Positions 1-12,334 are shown, numbered from the stretch's first letter. The stretch: 64,000 bases of DNA from Harriotta raleighana (GCA_050575255.1 JBNZDD010013721.1:8660055-8724054); one strand, 5' to 3'. Notes: generated from the sequence alone by a model not told the origin. Numbers and translations are program-made.

Positions 1-35
1 TGCTGAAAACTATAGTTTTTCTCGTGTAAAAAAAA

Positions 36-411
36 ATTAATATACCTATTAAATATCAGAAGCTGTTTACAGCACTTCAAGAGAGCATTGTATATTTTAT
101 GGTGCATTGTGCCCAGCATTTTTATGAAAGCTTAGCAAGGTCTCCAGTGGATCTTCACATTTCNTTAATATACCTGTTAAATATCAGAAGCTGTTTACAG
201 CACTTCAAGAGAGTATTGTATATTTTAAGGTTCATTGTGCCCAGCATTTTTATGAAAGCTTAGCAAGGTCTCCAGTGGATCTNATTAATATACCTATTAA
301 ATATCAGAAGCTGTTTACAGCACTTCAAGAGAGCATTGTATATTTTATGGTGCATTGTGCCCAGCATTTTTATGAAAGCTTAGCAAGGTCTCCAGTGGAT
401 CTTCACATTTC
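36..411. repeat. Three copies of a ~120-127 bp block separated by single N (probable haplotype/assembly duplication)
   Basis: The unit 'ttaatatacctattaaatatcagaagctg...ccagtggatct' occurs at ~36-163, 165-282 and 284-411, with N at 164 and 283. Copies 1 and 3 match and copy 2 carries four substitutions. Confidence 0.9.
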
Positions 412-414
412 TCT

Positions 415-875
415 AGTGAGCAGCTGAGCTGTACAGACTAAATGTTTCACTGGTTCAAATCTCCCTCCCCAAACTCCTCGCCTGATTGCTGGTGATTAGC
501 TGATCTGGATTGAATAGCAGATGGGGCACAACCATTGGTCTGAATTCCCCTAAATTGTGTAGAGCGAAATCTGCCAGAATTCCTGCTTCTATTAGTATTC
601 AGTGATGACTGGATGAAAGTGCAGAAGCAATTACTTGGAGGGTAGTTAATGACTGGAACAGTTTACGAGAAAGGATGGTGGAGACCAGGACACTGAACTA
701 AATTAAAAACGGCTTAATATTGTGATGGGAGATTGGGTTCTCTGGAAGGATGAGATCAAAAAGCCAAAGGGTGTTCTTCTTTTAAACCTCTCTTGCAATC
801 TTACAAATTAGGGTTAGGGAATAGTTGTGGCTTGGTTTTGATGTCCATTGTAGTCAAATAGCCGACCAACACACA
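415..875 (+). mobile_element. LF-SINE-like element, interrupted by a CR1 fragment
   Basis: 'gagctgtacagac..ggttcaaatc..ttagctgatctgg..ggggcacaaccattggtc..gccagaattcctgcttct..attcagtga..gaaagtgc' (415-622) and 'gggttaggga..ggcttggttttgatgtcc..gtcaaatagcc..caacacaca' (810-875) follow the LF-SINE consensus as I recall it, in order. Matched from memory, not by alignment. Confidence 0.7.
623..808 (+). mobile_element. CR1 LINE 3' end fragment
   Basis: Encodes an 'RVVNDWNSL..MVE..TL' CR1 ORF2 C-terminal motif followed by 3'UTR-like sequence. Confidence 0.7.
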
Positions 876-2251
876 AGAGAAGCAGCAAGCATTTATATAA
901 TTCCACTCTCTGAGCTCTTTACAGCGCTGAAGGGGGAAGAGGGGAGAAGAGATGGATCCAGGTAAAAGTGTTAGGTTTTTAAAGTGGCTGTCAATGCTTA
1001 CATATCATTAATGGATACGTCAGGGAGCCGAGAGGACCATAGAAGGAAAAAAGGAAGGAAGCTAAACTAGCATAATATTAGCTTCGGTGTTGATATCAGA
1101 TCACAATGCATTATTCAGTGATTCTAAATTATTTCTTATATGGCATCATAAAATGTGATGCATCGTTCAATTTTGGACATAAAGTTTATGTAAAATATTC
1201 TCAATTACCTTCAATTACTGATTTGAATGCAACATGTGTAGTTATATAATGCAATAAGCATTATACTTAAGACAAAAGGTGGCTCTACGTTCCTGAAAAT
1301 GTACATTTTATGATGTCAGAAATTATTTTGAATGAAACCATTTGACCAGTCAGTTTGTTACCAAAATTGCACTTGGTGCTGCAATATTGTTCTTTCTGCT
1401 TGCGGGTGTTGATAAACTTTGAAAGACTCCAAAATTATCAAGGAGTTTGAAGTCCTCCATTTATTCAATATCTAAATTATCAGAAGCATCGTGTCATAAT
1501 AAAATCTTTATGGATTGTAACTTAATTTAGTTTGCAGTGTAGTCGTGAACAGTCATGGCAAACATGCCTACGCAGCCCAACCAATAACTTTGGATGAAAT
1601 GTAAACTGTTAAAATATGGGAAATATTATTTTCTGATAGTACATGCCACTAGATTAATCTCTTGGTATGCCCAGAGCCGAGTATGCATTTGAACAAACCG
1701 ATGTGTCTGCAGTCAATTGGCATTGAGGCCCTCGGTGACTTGACACGGATTACAAACAAATGGATGGTGCATTTTGTCAGAATGTCTTTTGTAGGATCAA
1801 TCCAAGGAGAAGAGCTAAGGTAAAGCACAGTCATTCTCATTCAGCCCTTGGAGGAGAACTTTTTTTTTAACATGGGGATCACAGGCGATCTACATACAGT
1901 ATTTATGGGCTGGCACTGTGTTCCTAACGTTTGTCTGGAGAAGCGATCTGATGTTTGTAAATCATTTGGCCCCAGTAACTTATAAAAGCCTGCCATTTGC
2001 CAAATGTCATGTCTGGCCTTCTGTTGACGTTCCACTAATCCAGGAAATGAGATATTATGACAAGCTCACATGGCGAGAGCATCTGTCATGTAAGACAGGG
2101 AATATGACACAAATGCCTGGATGATGACATTTAACTCCCCTGCTGAAATCCGATCTGAAATTGTGTGGAAGAGGGTTGATGCTCTCCTGATCTTTCCATC
2201 AGCAGGCAGAGTGTGAGAACCTGGCAGCTAATTAGAAGCCCATCTCTGCTT

Positions 2252-2568
2252 GAGTGATTTCCCGGTGTTTAATTGTTGGCCCAGGTTAGTCCGAGCTTGA
2301 TTGGCACCGGCTCTGGTGCCCATCCAGCCTTGTAAAGTTACTCTGGAGGAGAACAGTCTCTGTGTGAACCTTTCACGGCCAAGTCCACCAAAAACATGTC
2401 ACAGATTTACCGAATGACTGCCTTATTTCTCAAATCTCCCTTTTCTTGTTTTCCGCAAATATCAGGCTGCAGCTGGCAGCTCCTTCTGAGCTTATTCTTT
2501 GGGGAATGGGTCCGACTGATCAAGCTCGGACGAACCTGGGCCAACAATTAAACACCGGGAAATCACTC
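2252..2568. mobile_element. MITE-like non-autonomous DNA element with 50-bp terminal inverted repeats
   Basis: 2252-2301 (gagtgatttcccggtgtttaattgttggcccaggttagtccgagcttgat) is the reverse complement of 2519-2568 with one mismatch. The interior is non-coding and 'tt' flanks both ends. Confidence 0.75.
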
Positions 2569-3287
2569 TTCATTGAACAACAATATATCAGCAATCACAT
2601 CAGCTCGGTTTCCAATTGAAGAATAACTTTTTACTTCTGATTGCTAACCGAATACAGTATTAGAACGTGTGTGGGAAACAGAGGTCCTCAAGAACTCATA
2701 GTTCTTTCAAAAAAAATTTAAGCAAACATTGGTAGAGAGTGTGCAACTATTACAGAAGATGTCTTTCATCGTCTTCGTGAAAGTTTGTGTAACCAAGTTG
2801 ATATGTGTAAACATGGCATGCAGGACAAACTCTCATAAAGACCCTTTGGAAAGGACGTTTGATTCACCTTGTACAGTATATGGAATCTGTGTGTGTACAC
2901 ATATATTGTTCTTCAAATAACTAGGCATTGGCCCATTGCTTTTCCTGAACTCAATTTACCAGATTAGCTGTCTGACTCTGAAGACAGCACCTTCTCATTT
3001 ATTGAAAGAGAATTTTTCCTGGAAACGTCCATAATAAAAATATCTGGCTAAACTTCACCAATGACAGTTTGTTTAGATCTATGGGTATCAACAGGATCCA
3101 GGGTACTTGGAAGAGAACACAGCAGCAAACAGTTGCTTCGATGAGGCTATTGGAAAGCTCCTGTGGAAAGCTAATGGCAGCATCAGCATCCAAAGCTGCA
3201 CTCTCCATTTCTCGAAGCCAGAATATAAGGAAAGCTGCACCACACAGGACATAGGATTGAGAGAAAATAGTCAAATTCCACGGGAGA

Positions 3288-3479
3288 CAATTGCGCACAG
3301 CAGTGTCCCACAAACAGTCGTGGATTGAGTGACCAAATTTTTTTATTTTTTTATTTTTATCTTGAGGGATTATTATCACGCTCGTGAAGTAAAGAAACTT
3401 GCCCAAGGTTGCAACCTAGCGACAATCGAACCCAGGTCTCTCGCTTGTGAGGCGAGTGCTCTAACCATTGAGCTACAGG
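3288..3479 (-). mobile_element. tRNA-derived DeuSINE-type SINE (main family), 5' half
   Basis: The minus strand reads cctgtagctcaatggttagagcactcgcc (A box) ... gggttcgattg (B box) ... gactgtttgtgggacactgctgtgcgcaattg, homologous to 60121-60449. Confidence 0.9.
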
Positions 3480-4270
3480 TGAAATTTAAGAGAAGTAACT
3501 ATTTCTTTTTGTAGCCGCTGGCAGCAACTTAGTTGAGAAACTTCACAACAAAGAACTCAATCGGCCGTGCCCTGGAGTGCTGGAGGTTTTACATCAATCA
3601 GCTTTCAAAAAAAAGTCTTGATTGGTGGTCAAAATTGGTACTATTACTGTACAAAACCATTGTGACCAGTTCTCTCCAGCAAGCCCCTAGTGCTTAAGTG
3701 CTTCAGTGCAAAAGGTTGCTAGCAGGATTCATTTTGTTGAGTGCTTTTTAAAAAAAATTAAATGAAGAATGATTTTTACTGAAAGCCTTCCCTATTTTAA
3801 GCAATAGCAATTCTTGATGCAAACAGTGAATGCAAACTGAGGGCTGGGCAAGTTTTGGGTTTGCCTTTGATGAGCACTGTCTATTGACTTATTCTGTCAA
3901 CTCTTGTTGATTAGCACAATGTAAAACCAAAGACTGTCATTTCACATATCTTCAGCGCTAATTTAAAGACGAGTAGCATTCAACGGCTTCCATTATTCAT
4001 ATGATGCGCCACATTGATGTGGTCTCATTGTATAGAGTAATCACCCAACAAAAAGGGGCCTGATTGAATAACCCATTACACAGCAATTAGATGATAAACC
4101 CATGCACGACTGTTGACATTTTGTTATCCACTTTATATCATGCCGTCTTTCTCGTAACACTGCGTTTACATACAAATAGTCTCGCCAGACTGTGCTTTCA
4201 AGGGCAAGTTCTGCAGTTGAACTAGTTAAAATCCAGAAGTACCCTAACTTGGACTCCGAAGTTACAATAA

Positions 4271-4487
4271 AATAATAATAATAATCCTTGCATTTGATAT
4301 AGCGCTTTTCACATCTTATCAACGTCTCAGAGCGCTTCACAGAATGTACCGTGAAGTGAATTGACTGTATATTTGTGGGCGAAACACGGCGGCCAATTCC
4401 GCACAGCAGAGTCCCACAAACAGTCGTGGATTGAAATGACCAATTTTTTTATTATTGTGTTTTTTTGGGACTGATTATTATTAGGCA
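4271..4487 (-). mobile_element. Main-family SINE, 3' two-thirds
   Basis: (AAT)n-ccttgcatttgatatagcgcttttcac tail plus the central 'cccacaaacagtcgtggattg' block. Confidence 0.9.
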
Positions 4488-5443
4488 TGAAGTTCCCAAG
4501 TCTTGGCTTTTGCTAAGCTGTGCCTAATACTCTATGGAATTAGCTAGGCATGAATGCCTCACTTCAGGGGAAAAGGAAGCAATCCATTCCACAGGAATTC
4601 CCATGCGTTGTTGGGATGTGTGCAACTCTTGTCTGGTTTGGATATCCTTACGTATAGTGGTAAGTTTCCACATGTGTCAGACACCCAGCTGACCAAAAAA
4701 TACCACACTGAACAGCAAACAACTCTATCATGTGCTATGAGACATTTCAGAATGACAAAGCGCTAAATAAGTGGTAGCACAATTATTGTTTCAATAATAA
4801 ACTATTTCATAATGATCCAGGGCTGAGTTTTAAGCCCTCCATATCTGATCTATTGCTAAGACAAACTTCTTTGCCTGACTTCAGCAATGCCCAGGTCACA
4901 CTCTCTCACCAACATCATTGAAATCCTTATTCATGCCTTTGGCATCCTGCCAACTCCCCAGCTTTAACCGCTGCAGAACTGAGCAGACTGAATTCTGCCC
5001 TTCACGCCTTTTACACTATCCTTGCCAAGCAGCATTGGCTCTCAGTACCTCAGAGGCTTGTTGTTGTCTCCCAAATCCTGTTATTGAGTTCATCAACTTA
5101 ATGGCCAGGTGAAGCAACAGAATTACAAGCGAAGTGCAGGCAAACTATGCGACTGACTGTGACTGTTTGGCGGAAAGTACAGTATATCTTCCGCTACCTG
5201 GCTTGCAAGTTGTGTTACTGAGGTGCCTGCAGCGATCTGAAATGATTTCCATAGTTCGCGCAGTGAAAATAAAAACCCCAGAAAAAACTAATTGATTAAT
5301 TCTGGGAAGTTGGAGGAATTAGTTTCATAGTATGGTACAGCCCGGAAATCAGCCCATTCACCACAACACACGACAATACAGGTCCATGCTGGCCCAATAG
5401 TCTAACCAGTAGTCAGGGTTCACTACTTCAGTGGATACTTCCA

Positions 5444-5606
5444 TCATTCACTACTGTATTTCAAAGCATTTTGTATTTCTTCCAGGTAATATAGGTGGTT
5501 GCTTACTAAATGCACTGTCATAACNTCATTCATTACTGTATTTCAAAGCATTTTGCATTTCTTCCAGGTAATATAGGTGGTTGCTTACTAAATGCACTGT
5601 CATAAC
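5444..5606. repeat. ~81-bp duplication across a single N (probable haplotype/assembly artefact)
   Basis: 5444-5524 versus 5526-5606, with N at 5525 and two substitutions. Confidence 0.9.
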
Positions 5607-8044
5607 ACTTTGCAGCTCATCCTTACTATCATAAATATATATTATTGTACATTAACGTGCTTGTCAAATTGAAAAACTGAATGTTCTGTGTTATGGAAAT
5701 GCATTTAAAACTTAATAATTTTCCGTTTATTTTTGGCACTTGTGGTAGAGAAATGGATAGAAGTGTTTTAATACTAAATCTTATACAATCTTATAATCAT
5801 TTGTAAGTCCCTCTATATTTTATCTCTCCAGATTTCTGACTCCCTCCTCGCTCCCCCTCTGCAGTAAATCAGGTTTCTGGCATGGGCAGGTACTGGAAGT
5901 AATGGCCAAGTTTTGATAACTATTCCTTGTGTGTGTTCCTTTACTTTATTCTTAACCCTTGTCTCCTCAAGGTCTTTGCTATGGGAGTGAGACATTTGCA
6001 CCCAATCCTGTCCTTCCCCCAAGGCCCATATATTGTACGCTTTCCTGCAAGTGACTCTTGATCGCCATTCATTAATTACTAGGATTATTATTTATTCAGA
6101 GCAGCTTCTCTGGCTATTTTATCTTATTCCCTTTCCCCACCCTCCCCAAACCACCTGCACAGTGAGTGAGGTTGCTCAAGGTTGAATGAATGATGGCCGA
6201 GCTTCCCCTGACGAAATCGACACATGCCAGCAATCTCGCCTGGGATTTTCTATGCGTGTCTGTTTCACTTAAGATAGTGGATTTACCAACTTAACCATCA
6301 GTGTAGCTGGCCCTTCATATTCTTGAAGGAGCCCCCGCAATGCGGTCGTTAATACAATTACACTCACTCACATTAAGGGATTCAGAATCCAGTCCCAACA
6401 TAATCAGATTGGGCAAGTACTGAACTCTAATCTGCTTTGTTCAGGCAGGATTTAGAATTTTCAAAGTGCTGGATTTCACTACTTCCTCGCAGGAAACTCA
6501 CAGTTTCCAGAGAGGGAGAGAGATCACATTTTTGTTTATAACAAAAAGTGTCACGACAATGTAGTGAAACGTCAGTCGAAATGCAGAATACGACCCAAAA
6601 GGCCCCATGTTAACTACGGATCAAATCATTTCAGAACATTTTGTTCATTGCGGATTCACGAATTTCATTCACATCAAAGGCGGGGAGGGGAAATGAGAAA
6701 GTTGATTGGGAAATGTATTTTTTTGGACCCAACTCTTCAGTGTCGAGCGACATGTGGTGAAAAAGATTATCTAAAGCTTTTTCAGCTGCTTTTCTGAATT
6801 TTGAGTTGAGACACAGAGCTAAATTTATCCTATTATTTGAAAACAAGCAGAGACATGTACAGAGTTTGCTAAGAGGTCACATCCTGCCCTGCACGCATGT
6901 GCAATATGTACAATTGCTCTCCAGTGATGTGTTTCATCAGCTCTGTGAATGCGAATAATGAGCTGCAAAATTCAATCTCTCCTATCCTTGTTGTCTTCCA
7001 AAGCAATTGCGAGATATATTTTTTTATCGGGAAATTATCCCCAGAAGAAATAAAATGTGTAGGTTAGACCTTTCTGGCGATGCTATAATGCATGAAGGGC
7101 ACAATGTGAATGCAAGTTGGTTCCTTGCTAACATGCAGAGGGGATAACTGTGCACTTTAAAAAGGATTAGAAGCATTCAATACACAACTATTTGACGGTG
7201 ACCCTAAAGACTGAGTGATTAATGTATGCATAGTTGTGCTTTGTTTATTGTACATAACGTGAAGTTCACTGCATTCCTGAATCCATGGATAGTATAGTAT
7301 TTGCACAAAATCATCTTCTGCTCACAGTTAGGAAAATGTATGAATCTGGAATCCTTCACCCATAGTTTCATTGGTGGCCTTGTGGATGTAGTTGCGTATT
7401 ATAGTCTGTAAACTGCCAGTATAATCAAGTGCTCTGGGATACAACCTAGCTCCATTCATAGCTCCACTCGTGAGTAGAGCTATGTAAATACAAGTTGGTG
7501 TTGTTGTATCTCACCTTTGGTCCCTGGCTGCAGCCTGTCAGATATACATTTTATGGTTATGTTCTAAGCTACAGTGACTTCAATAGGACTATTACGGATC
7601 AGTAAGGAATTATCTCTCTCGAGGCAAGACTAGAGGGATGGTTGATTCTTTCCTTTTAAATTTCTATGCTGCAAAGCATCAGTGAACAGAAACCTCCTTG
7701 TAGATGAGGCATTACTGAACTCAATCATGTGGATAAAGGATTTCACATACCAGTGGTATTTAAACCTGTTTCAATTACAACATGTAGTACTGAAGAGGAA
7801 CATCGGAGAATTCAATGCAGAAAATTGTAGCTTGGCTTAGTTGATTATTTTCATTGCTGTTTTTGCCACAGAGCAGAATAAAATTACAGTAAAAGTGGCA
7901 TCACCAACAAAATAATTTCCACTGAGTCTGTTTGTTTGAGAACAAACCTTTTCTCCTCTCAATCGCAGGTGAAACAATGTACTGAAACTGATATAAATAT
8001 CGTAATAAAACCACCCATCTGTGCTCTGGCACAAGACATTGTGG

Positions 8045-8135
8045 TCTTATAATAATCCTTACGTTTAATAAAGTGCCGTATCGTGTTATCGAGATGTCTT
8101 GAAGTGCTTCACAGGATAAAGAATTCACAGTCTTG
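8045..8135 (-). mobile_element. Main-family SINE/L2 3' tail fragment
   Basis: 'ataataatccttacgtttaataaagtgcc...gaagtgcttcacagg' matches the tail consensus. Confidence 0.7.
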
Positions 8136-9014
8136 TGAGAATTTACACTCCAATAATTTTTGTACTGGTGTAACATTTGTGTTTATGTTCCCAATTGTTC
8201 TTGGGAATCACTGTGGATTTGGATTCCCTCTTTGGCCTAGATAGGTATATAAAACTAGTTTGAAGTAAGGCATTCGATCAATTTATTTTGATAACAAGAA
8301 TAACAACTCTTCGCCCATGTTGCGTAATAAAAACGACAAACCTCAATTCAATTAAATTAATCATGAAAGTACGACGAACAATTACTTTCCCCGGCAACTA
8401 TTTTTATTGTCTGCTTGCTTCAAACTTGAAGCCTGGAAAATGGTTTATTTGTTTCTCTGTGTTCCTTTAGGCTAACAACGGAACCAGAATGCATCATCTG
8501 ATTCAAATCTTGAATCATAGTTTATAAGTTAAATGAGCTGCTTTATTGCCAGTGACGCCAGACCCATTACATGCACATTGTCCCTCCGTGATGTGAAATG
8601 TGTTCCCACGAGGGTGAGGTTAGACCAGTTGCTAATTCTATAAGGAACATACATTGGTATAGTTACAGTGATTCACTGTACAATGAACAAGAAATTAGCG
8701 GTGAATTAGGGGGCAACGGTTCTGATTCATTTCAATCCATCATTGTGACAAAGTCAGACTGTTTCAGAGTTCATTTGCATCCAGTGTACACTGTCTCAAT
8801 CCTTTCTCAATCTCTCATTCCACTCCTCGCCACTCCCCCCTCACCCCTTCACAAGATCAACTGCAAAAAAAACGCAGTCGCTATTCTGTTTAACCAGTGC
8901 CAACTATTGCAGCAACGGTTGGCCCTAGCAACAAGAACACAAAATAACTCGCCTCGTCATTGGGTCCAGCTCTTTTGCTAATTATTATGGTGAGCTCAGG
9001 CATTTAGCAGGAAT

Positions 9015-9262
9015 TGCTGGTCCTTGGGAGCACTTTCCCATGCCGCCCACTCTCTTACTGGGACCTGGGTTCTACTCCTGAACCATTCTTGACCTTAGAT
9101 TTGTCGCTCCTACTCTCTCAAATGACCCAAATGCCCGTGCCTGGCTGTGACCACACACGTTTGCCAGGAACGGTCACTACACTTGACTGTAATTGCTGTG
9201 AAGTGTTTTGAGCTGTTTTCAGAGACTCCTGTACTGTACATTAAATTTGTAGGATTAAATTT
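9015..9262 (+). mobile_element. Old, decayed tRNA-headed SINE with L2-type tail
   Basis: B-box-like 'gggacctgggttctactcc' and tail-like 'cactacactt..gctgtgaagtgttttgag'. Confidence 0.45.
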
Positions 9263-9794
9263 TTTCTGCTGCCCTCCCCCCAACACACACGCGTGCGTGC
9301 GGAAAGCCAGGTTTCACTCTTCCCCTCCTTTCGTCACGGGCTTAGTCTCTTCGGGGCATGAGATTTCATCTTTGTGCTGTGCAAAATAGCAAACTAAATT
9401 GTAGGGCTGTCCAACAGCTGCTTCAAACAAATTACACTGTAGTAAAAGGCAAAAAGATGAAATATTTCAGAAGCAGGCGAAGTGTAAGTGATGCCTCCAT
9501 TGCGACACTGTCAACCGTTGTGTAAAGTGCCTCCCATCTGGATGATAAGCTGCAACTCACCGACTGTGGAAATTGAATGTGAACATGAGTGGCTGCAGCT
9601 ACAATACAAGCGAAGCTTTGAGGGATCTTACTTGGCCCCTCGGGACGATTCTGACGGCACTAAATGAAACCGTTAAATGGGTACAAGTCCCAGCAACGCT
9701 GACTGCTCACCATGTATTTTGTCAGGCACTGCTCACATTTAGGAAAAGTCTTACATTGACCAATGAACTTGATAATAATAATAATCATTAGTAT

Positions 9795-9875
9795 TATTAT
9801 AATAATAATCCTGACATTTGATATGGCGCCTTAGCACGTCTTCCAGACATCTCAAAGTGCTTCAAAATGCCGTGT
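9795..9875 (-). mobile_element. Main-family SINE/L2 3' tail fragment
   Basis: 'ataataataatcctgacatttgatatggcgcc...catctcaaagtgcttca'. Confidence 0.75.
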
Positions 9876-10049
9876 TCCAAATGGAAAAGTCATCGTATGA
9901 CTTTGAAATTGAACGGGCAGATCGGGGGTACTTACTAACGCTATCTTTGAGATTACTTATCTGCATCAAAAGGGTTTCTCTTAGAAGTGGCCACTGTGAG
10001 TGTTATGTTCACTTGAAAGCCAATGTGAAGGCTTTGCTTCCATTGTACT

Positions 10050-10300
10050 CGGAGCGCACTGAATATTTCTGCACTTTAGCTTACTGTTAATTCTGCCCCG
10101 GAATCCTTCTGCTTGTCTCCTCCCGCTTCTGCCTTCAAAACCTGCCTTAAAATCGATCTCATTAACTGCAACATTGTCCACCTTCTGCCCAATCCCCAAC
10201 CAAACCCCCATCACTTTACAGTATATTCTGTGAAGTGCTTTGAGACGTTTAGAAGACGTGAAAAACGCTGTATCAAATGCAAGGATTATTATTATTATCA
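10050..10300 (+). mobile_element. L2 LINE 3' end carrying the same tail as the main SINE
   Basis: Encodes 'NSAPESF..SPPASAFKTCLKIDL', similar to the L2 'WNSLP..SL..FK..LKT.LF' motif. It is followed by a C-rich UTR and 'cactttacagtatattctgtgaagtgctttgagacg...aaatgcaaggattattatt'. Confidence 0.75.
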
Positions 10301-10646
10301 TCCTGATAACTTTGCCCTGAAGGAAGTATTTTTCATGTGAATTCAGCTTCTCTTCACTATTGCTGTCTTTGCATCGCCTCTGTTTCTGGGAAAAAAAATG
10401 GTTCTTGAGCTCAGTTATTCATTCAAGAATGAAATGCCTCCTTTATATGTGTGACGTGTTTCATACAAGCTTTCAAGTTGCTTTGTGACCCTGACTTGTG
10501 AACTCTGCTGTGTCCTACTACATTGTGCTTCACAGCCCATGTTGAAAGACCATTATATTGCACAACACATGAACATTAAACAGTCAGAACGCCATACGTT
10601 ATGATCCGCTGACTGTTATGACATTGGCTTCCATTCAAAAACATTG

Positions 10647-10659
10647 GTTACTTAGCAAC
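10647..10659. promoter_or_regulatory. RFX X-box-like motif
   Basis: GTTACTTAGCAAC resembles the X-box GTYRCY-N-RGYAAC. Motif match only. Confidence 0.3.
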
Positions 10660-11099
10660 GAACCCACTGTGTATTCCTGTTAAGTTAGTGTTTGAGCACT
10701 TCTGAACTAATGACTGCATGAAGCCGCACTCGTGGTGGTATGAGTGAGGGGGGATAATTTTGTGCCAAGACTTCAGGGGGTGCAGTTTGTCAGCGATGTC
10801 ACTGCCTGGTTCAAGCAGTAAATCCCAAATTGATTACAACATAAATTTAATCATGTAAATACTGTGTAACTTCTCTGGTTTTATGAGGCAACATATGTTT
10901 CTTAAGAGGTGGTTATTGTGTGGAAAATGATGTGTGTGGGACTGTCTCCCGAACAATGCAATCCAGAATCAGCAACCAGCACTGAGCACGACTTTCATTA
11001 TTACGTGGAGAAGATTTATACGTTCATCTTTCTGAATTTTTTAATACATATATATATCAAGTGTCCACAATAGGTATGTTTACCTGGTCTGGCCTGTTC

Positions 11100-11335
11100 T
11101 CTCACTGAAGTAGTTAAGAGACTGTGAGCCTTTAGCACAGAAATACGTGCTGCATTATTAGCTGTGTGCCTCAGATAAGATATTAAACAAAGGGTTTGAT
11201 ACTTTAGTCAATATTTCCCTCACTTCTCTGAATTTGCTACAGAAATAAATGAATCTGTGGTGCATTTGTACCATAGTTGTTTGTGGAACATTACTGGTGC
11301 AGATTAGTCATACTGTTGGTATGCAGAATAAATGG
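11100..11335 (+). mobile_element. Old Deu-domain SINE (SacSINE/AmnSINE-like), decayed
   Basis: 'cctcagataagatattaaacaaagg' and 'gttgtttgtggaacattactggtgcagatt' resemble Deu-domain blocks. Confidence 0.45.
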
Positions 11336-12334
11336 GGCATTAATCCTTGGCCAGTAAGAAAACTGAAGTACTTGAATGAAAAGACTTTGGAATGTCGCTG
11401 AAACTCCTGCTTGGGGCACTAACCTGTTCTTACTTCCATTTGCTATCATGGAACTGCAAACCCCCTCAACTTCCTCGTACTTAAAAGTATTTTAAAGTTT
11501 AATCTAGTTTTATTATATCTTTTGTGAAAGAGTAAATCATTTCACTCCTTACTGTAAATGTTATTGGCTTAGGTTTTCCTGCCAGGAATGGTGCAAGTCA
11601 TCTCGAAATCTCTGCTCCACTTGTCTGTACAGTAACTTGTGAAACAGAATCCTTAATTTCAATACTGTTAGTTGGATTGCCTCCATATAAAACTTTTGTA
11701 CCAGCAACATTATCCATTCTATATTGTGAGATTGACTAACATTTATCTGAATGCTACAGGTTTAGAATTATTTAGTTCTCAACCCTGAGGGTATTATTAA
11801 CTAGGATTTAATCTTGTCTTGGAGTCCTGATGTACTCACAATTAATTTGGATCGCTCAACTTTTTAATTAAAAATATTTAGCTTGCATAAAGCAATTCTT
11901 ACCCCCATTGAAATGAATGCATTTTCATTAACTTCAGAACATTGGTTTGCAGTAACGAATACATTAAATTCAACCTTTGCCTTTGTTGTTCCAATCCTCA
12001 ACAAATTCAGATAATTTCTAAAGGTTCATAAAACAAATTCTAATTTCAGATTTTCAAACGCTGTTCGTTATGCCAAGGTTATTTTCTTTGTAATCCACTA
12101 AACTCATATACAGAAAGAAAGCTTTGTTTTGTATCTGATTTCTTTATAATAAGTATAATATTGTCTGTAGTGATAAAAGCCTATTTCAAATTAAAATTTT
12201 GTCAGTTGTTTTCCTAACATTTCTGACTGTGACAAGCATATTGTACTCTTAACCATTAGATCACTCCATCCTTTTGGGGTTTTGGCCACTTGATGTCATT
12301 GTAACTTCTAAATACAGGTAGCTAATCAATAAAA

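Noticed and set aside
36-411. Tandem or CRISPR-like array at the window start
   Set aside because: The units are ~120 bp with no spacers, are joined by Ns, and sit in vertebrate DNA. An assembly artefact explains them best.
1795-1819. 25-nt exon candidate (ttttgtag|...AAG|gtaaag)
   Set aside because: It would shift the frame, the donor is only moderate, and no partner exons are recognised.
2999-3406. 135-aa minus-strand ORF and overlapping plus-strand ORFs
   Set aside because: The ORF starts inside a SINE, shows no recognisable domain, and has no convincing splice-site pair.
5472-5492. Plus-strand AG|GT recursive-like motifs (ttcttccag|gtaata; also gttcag|gtaaca at ~25373)
   Set aside because: The donor halves lack the +5 G and are weak, so such matches are expected by chance.
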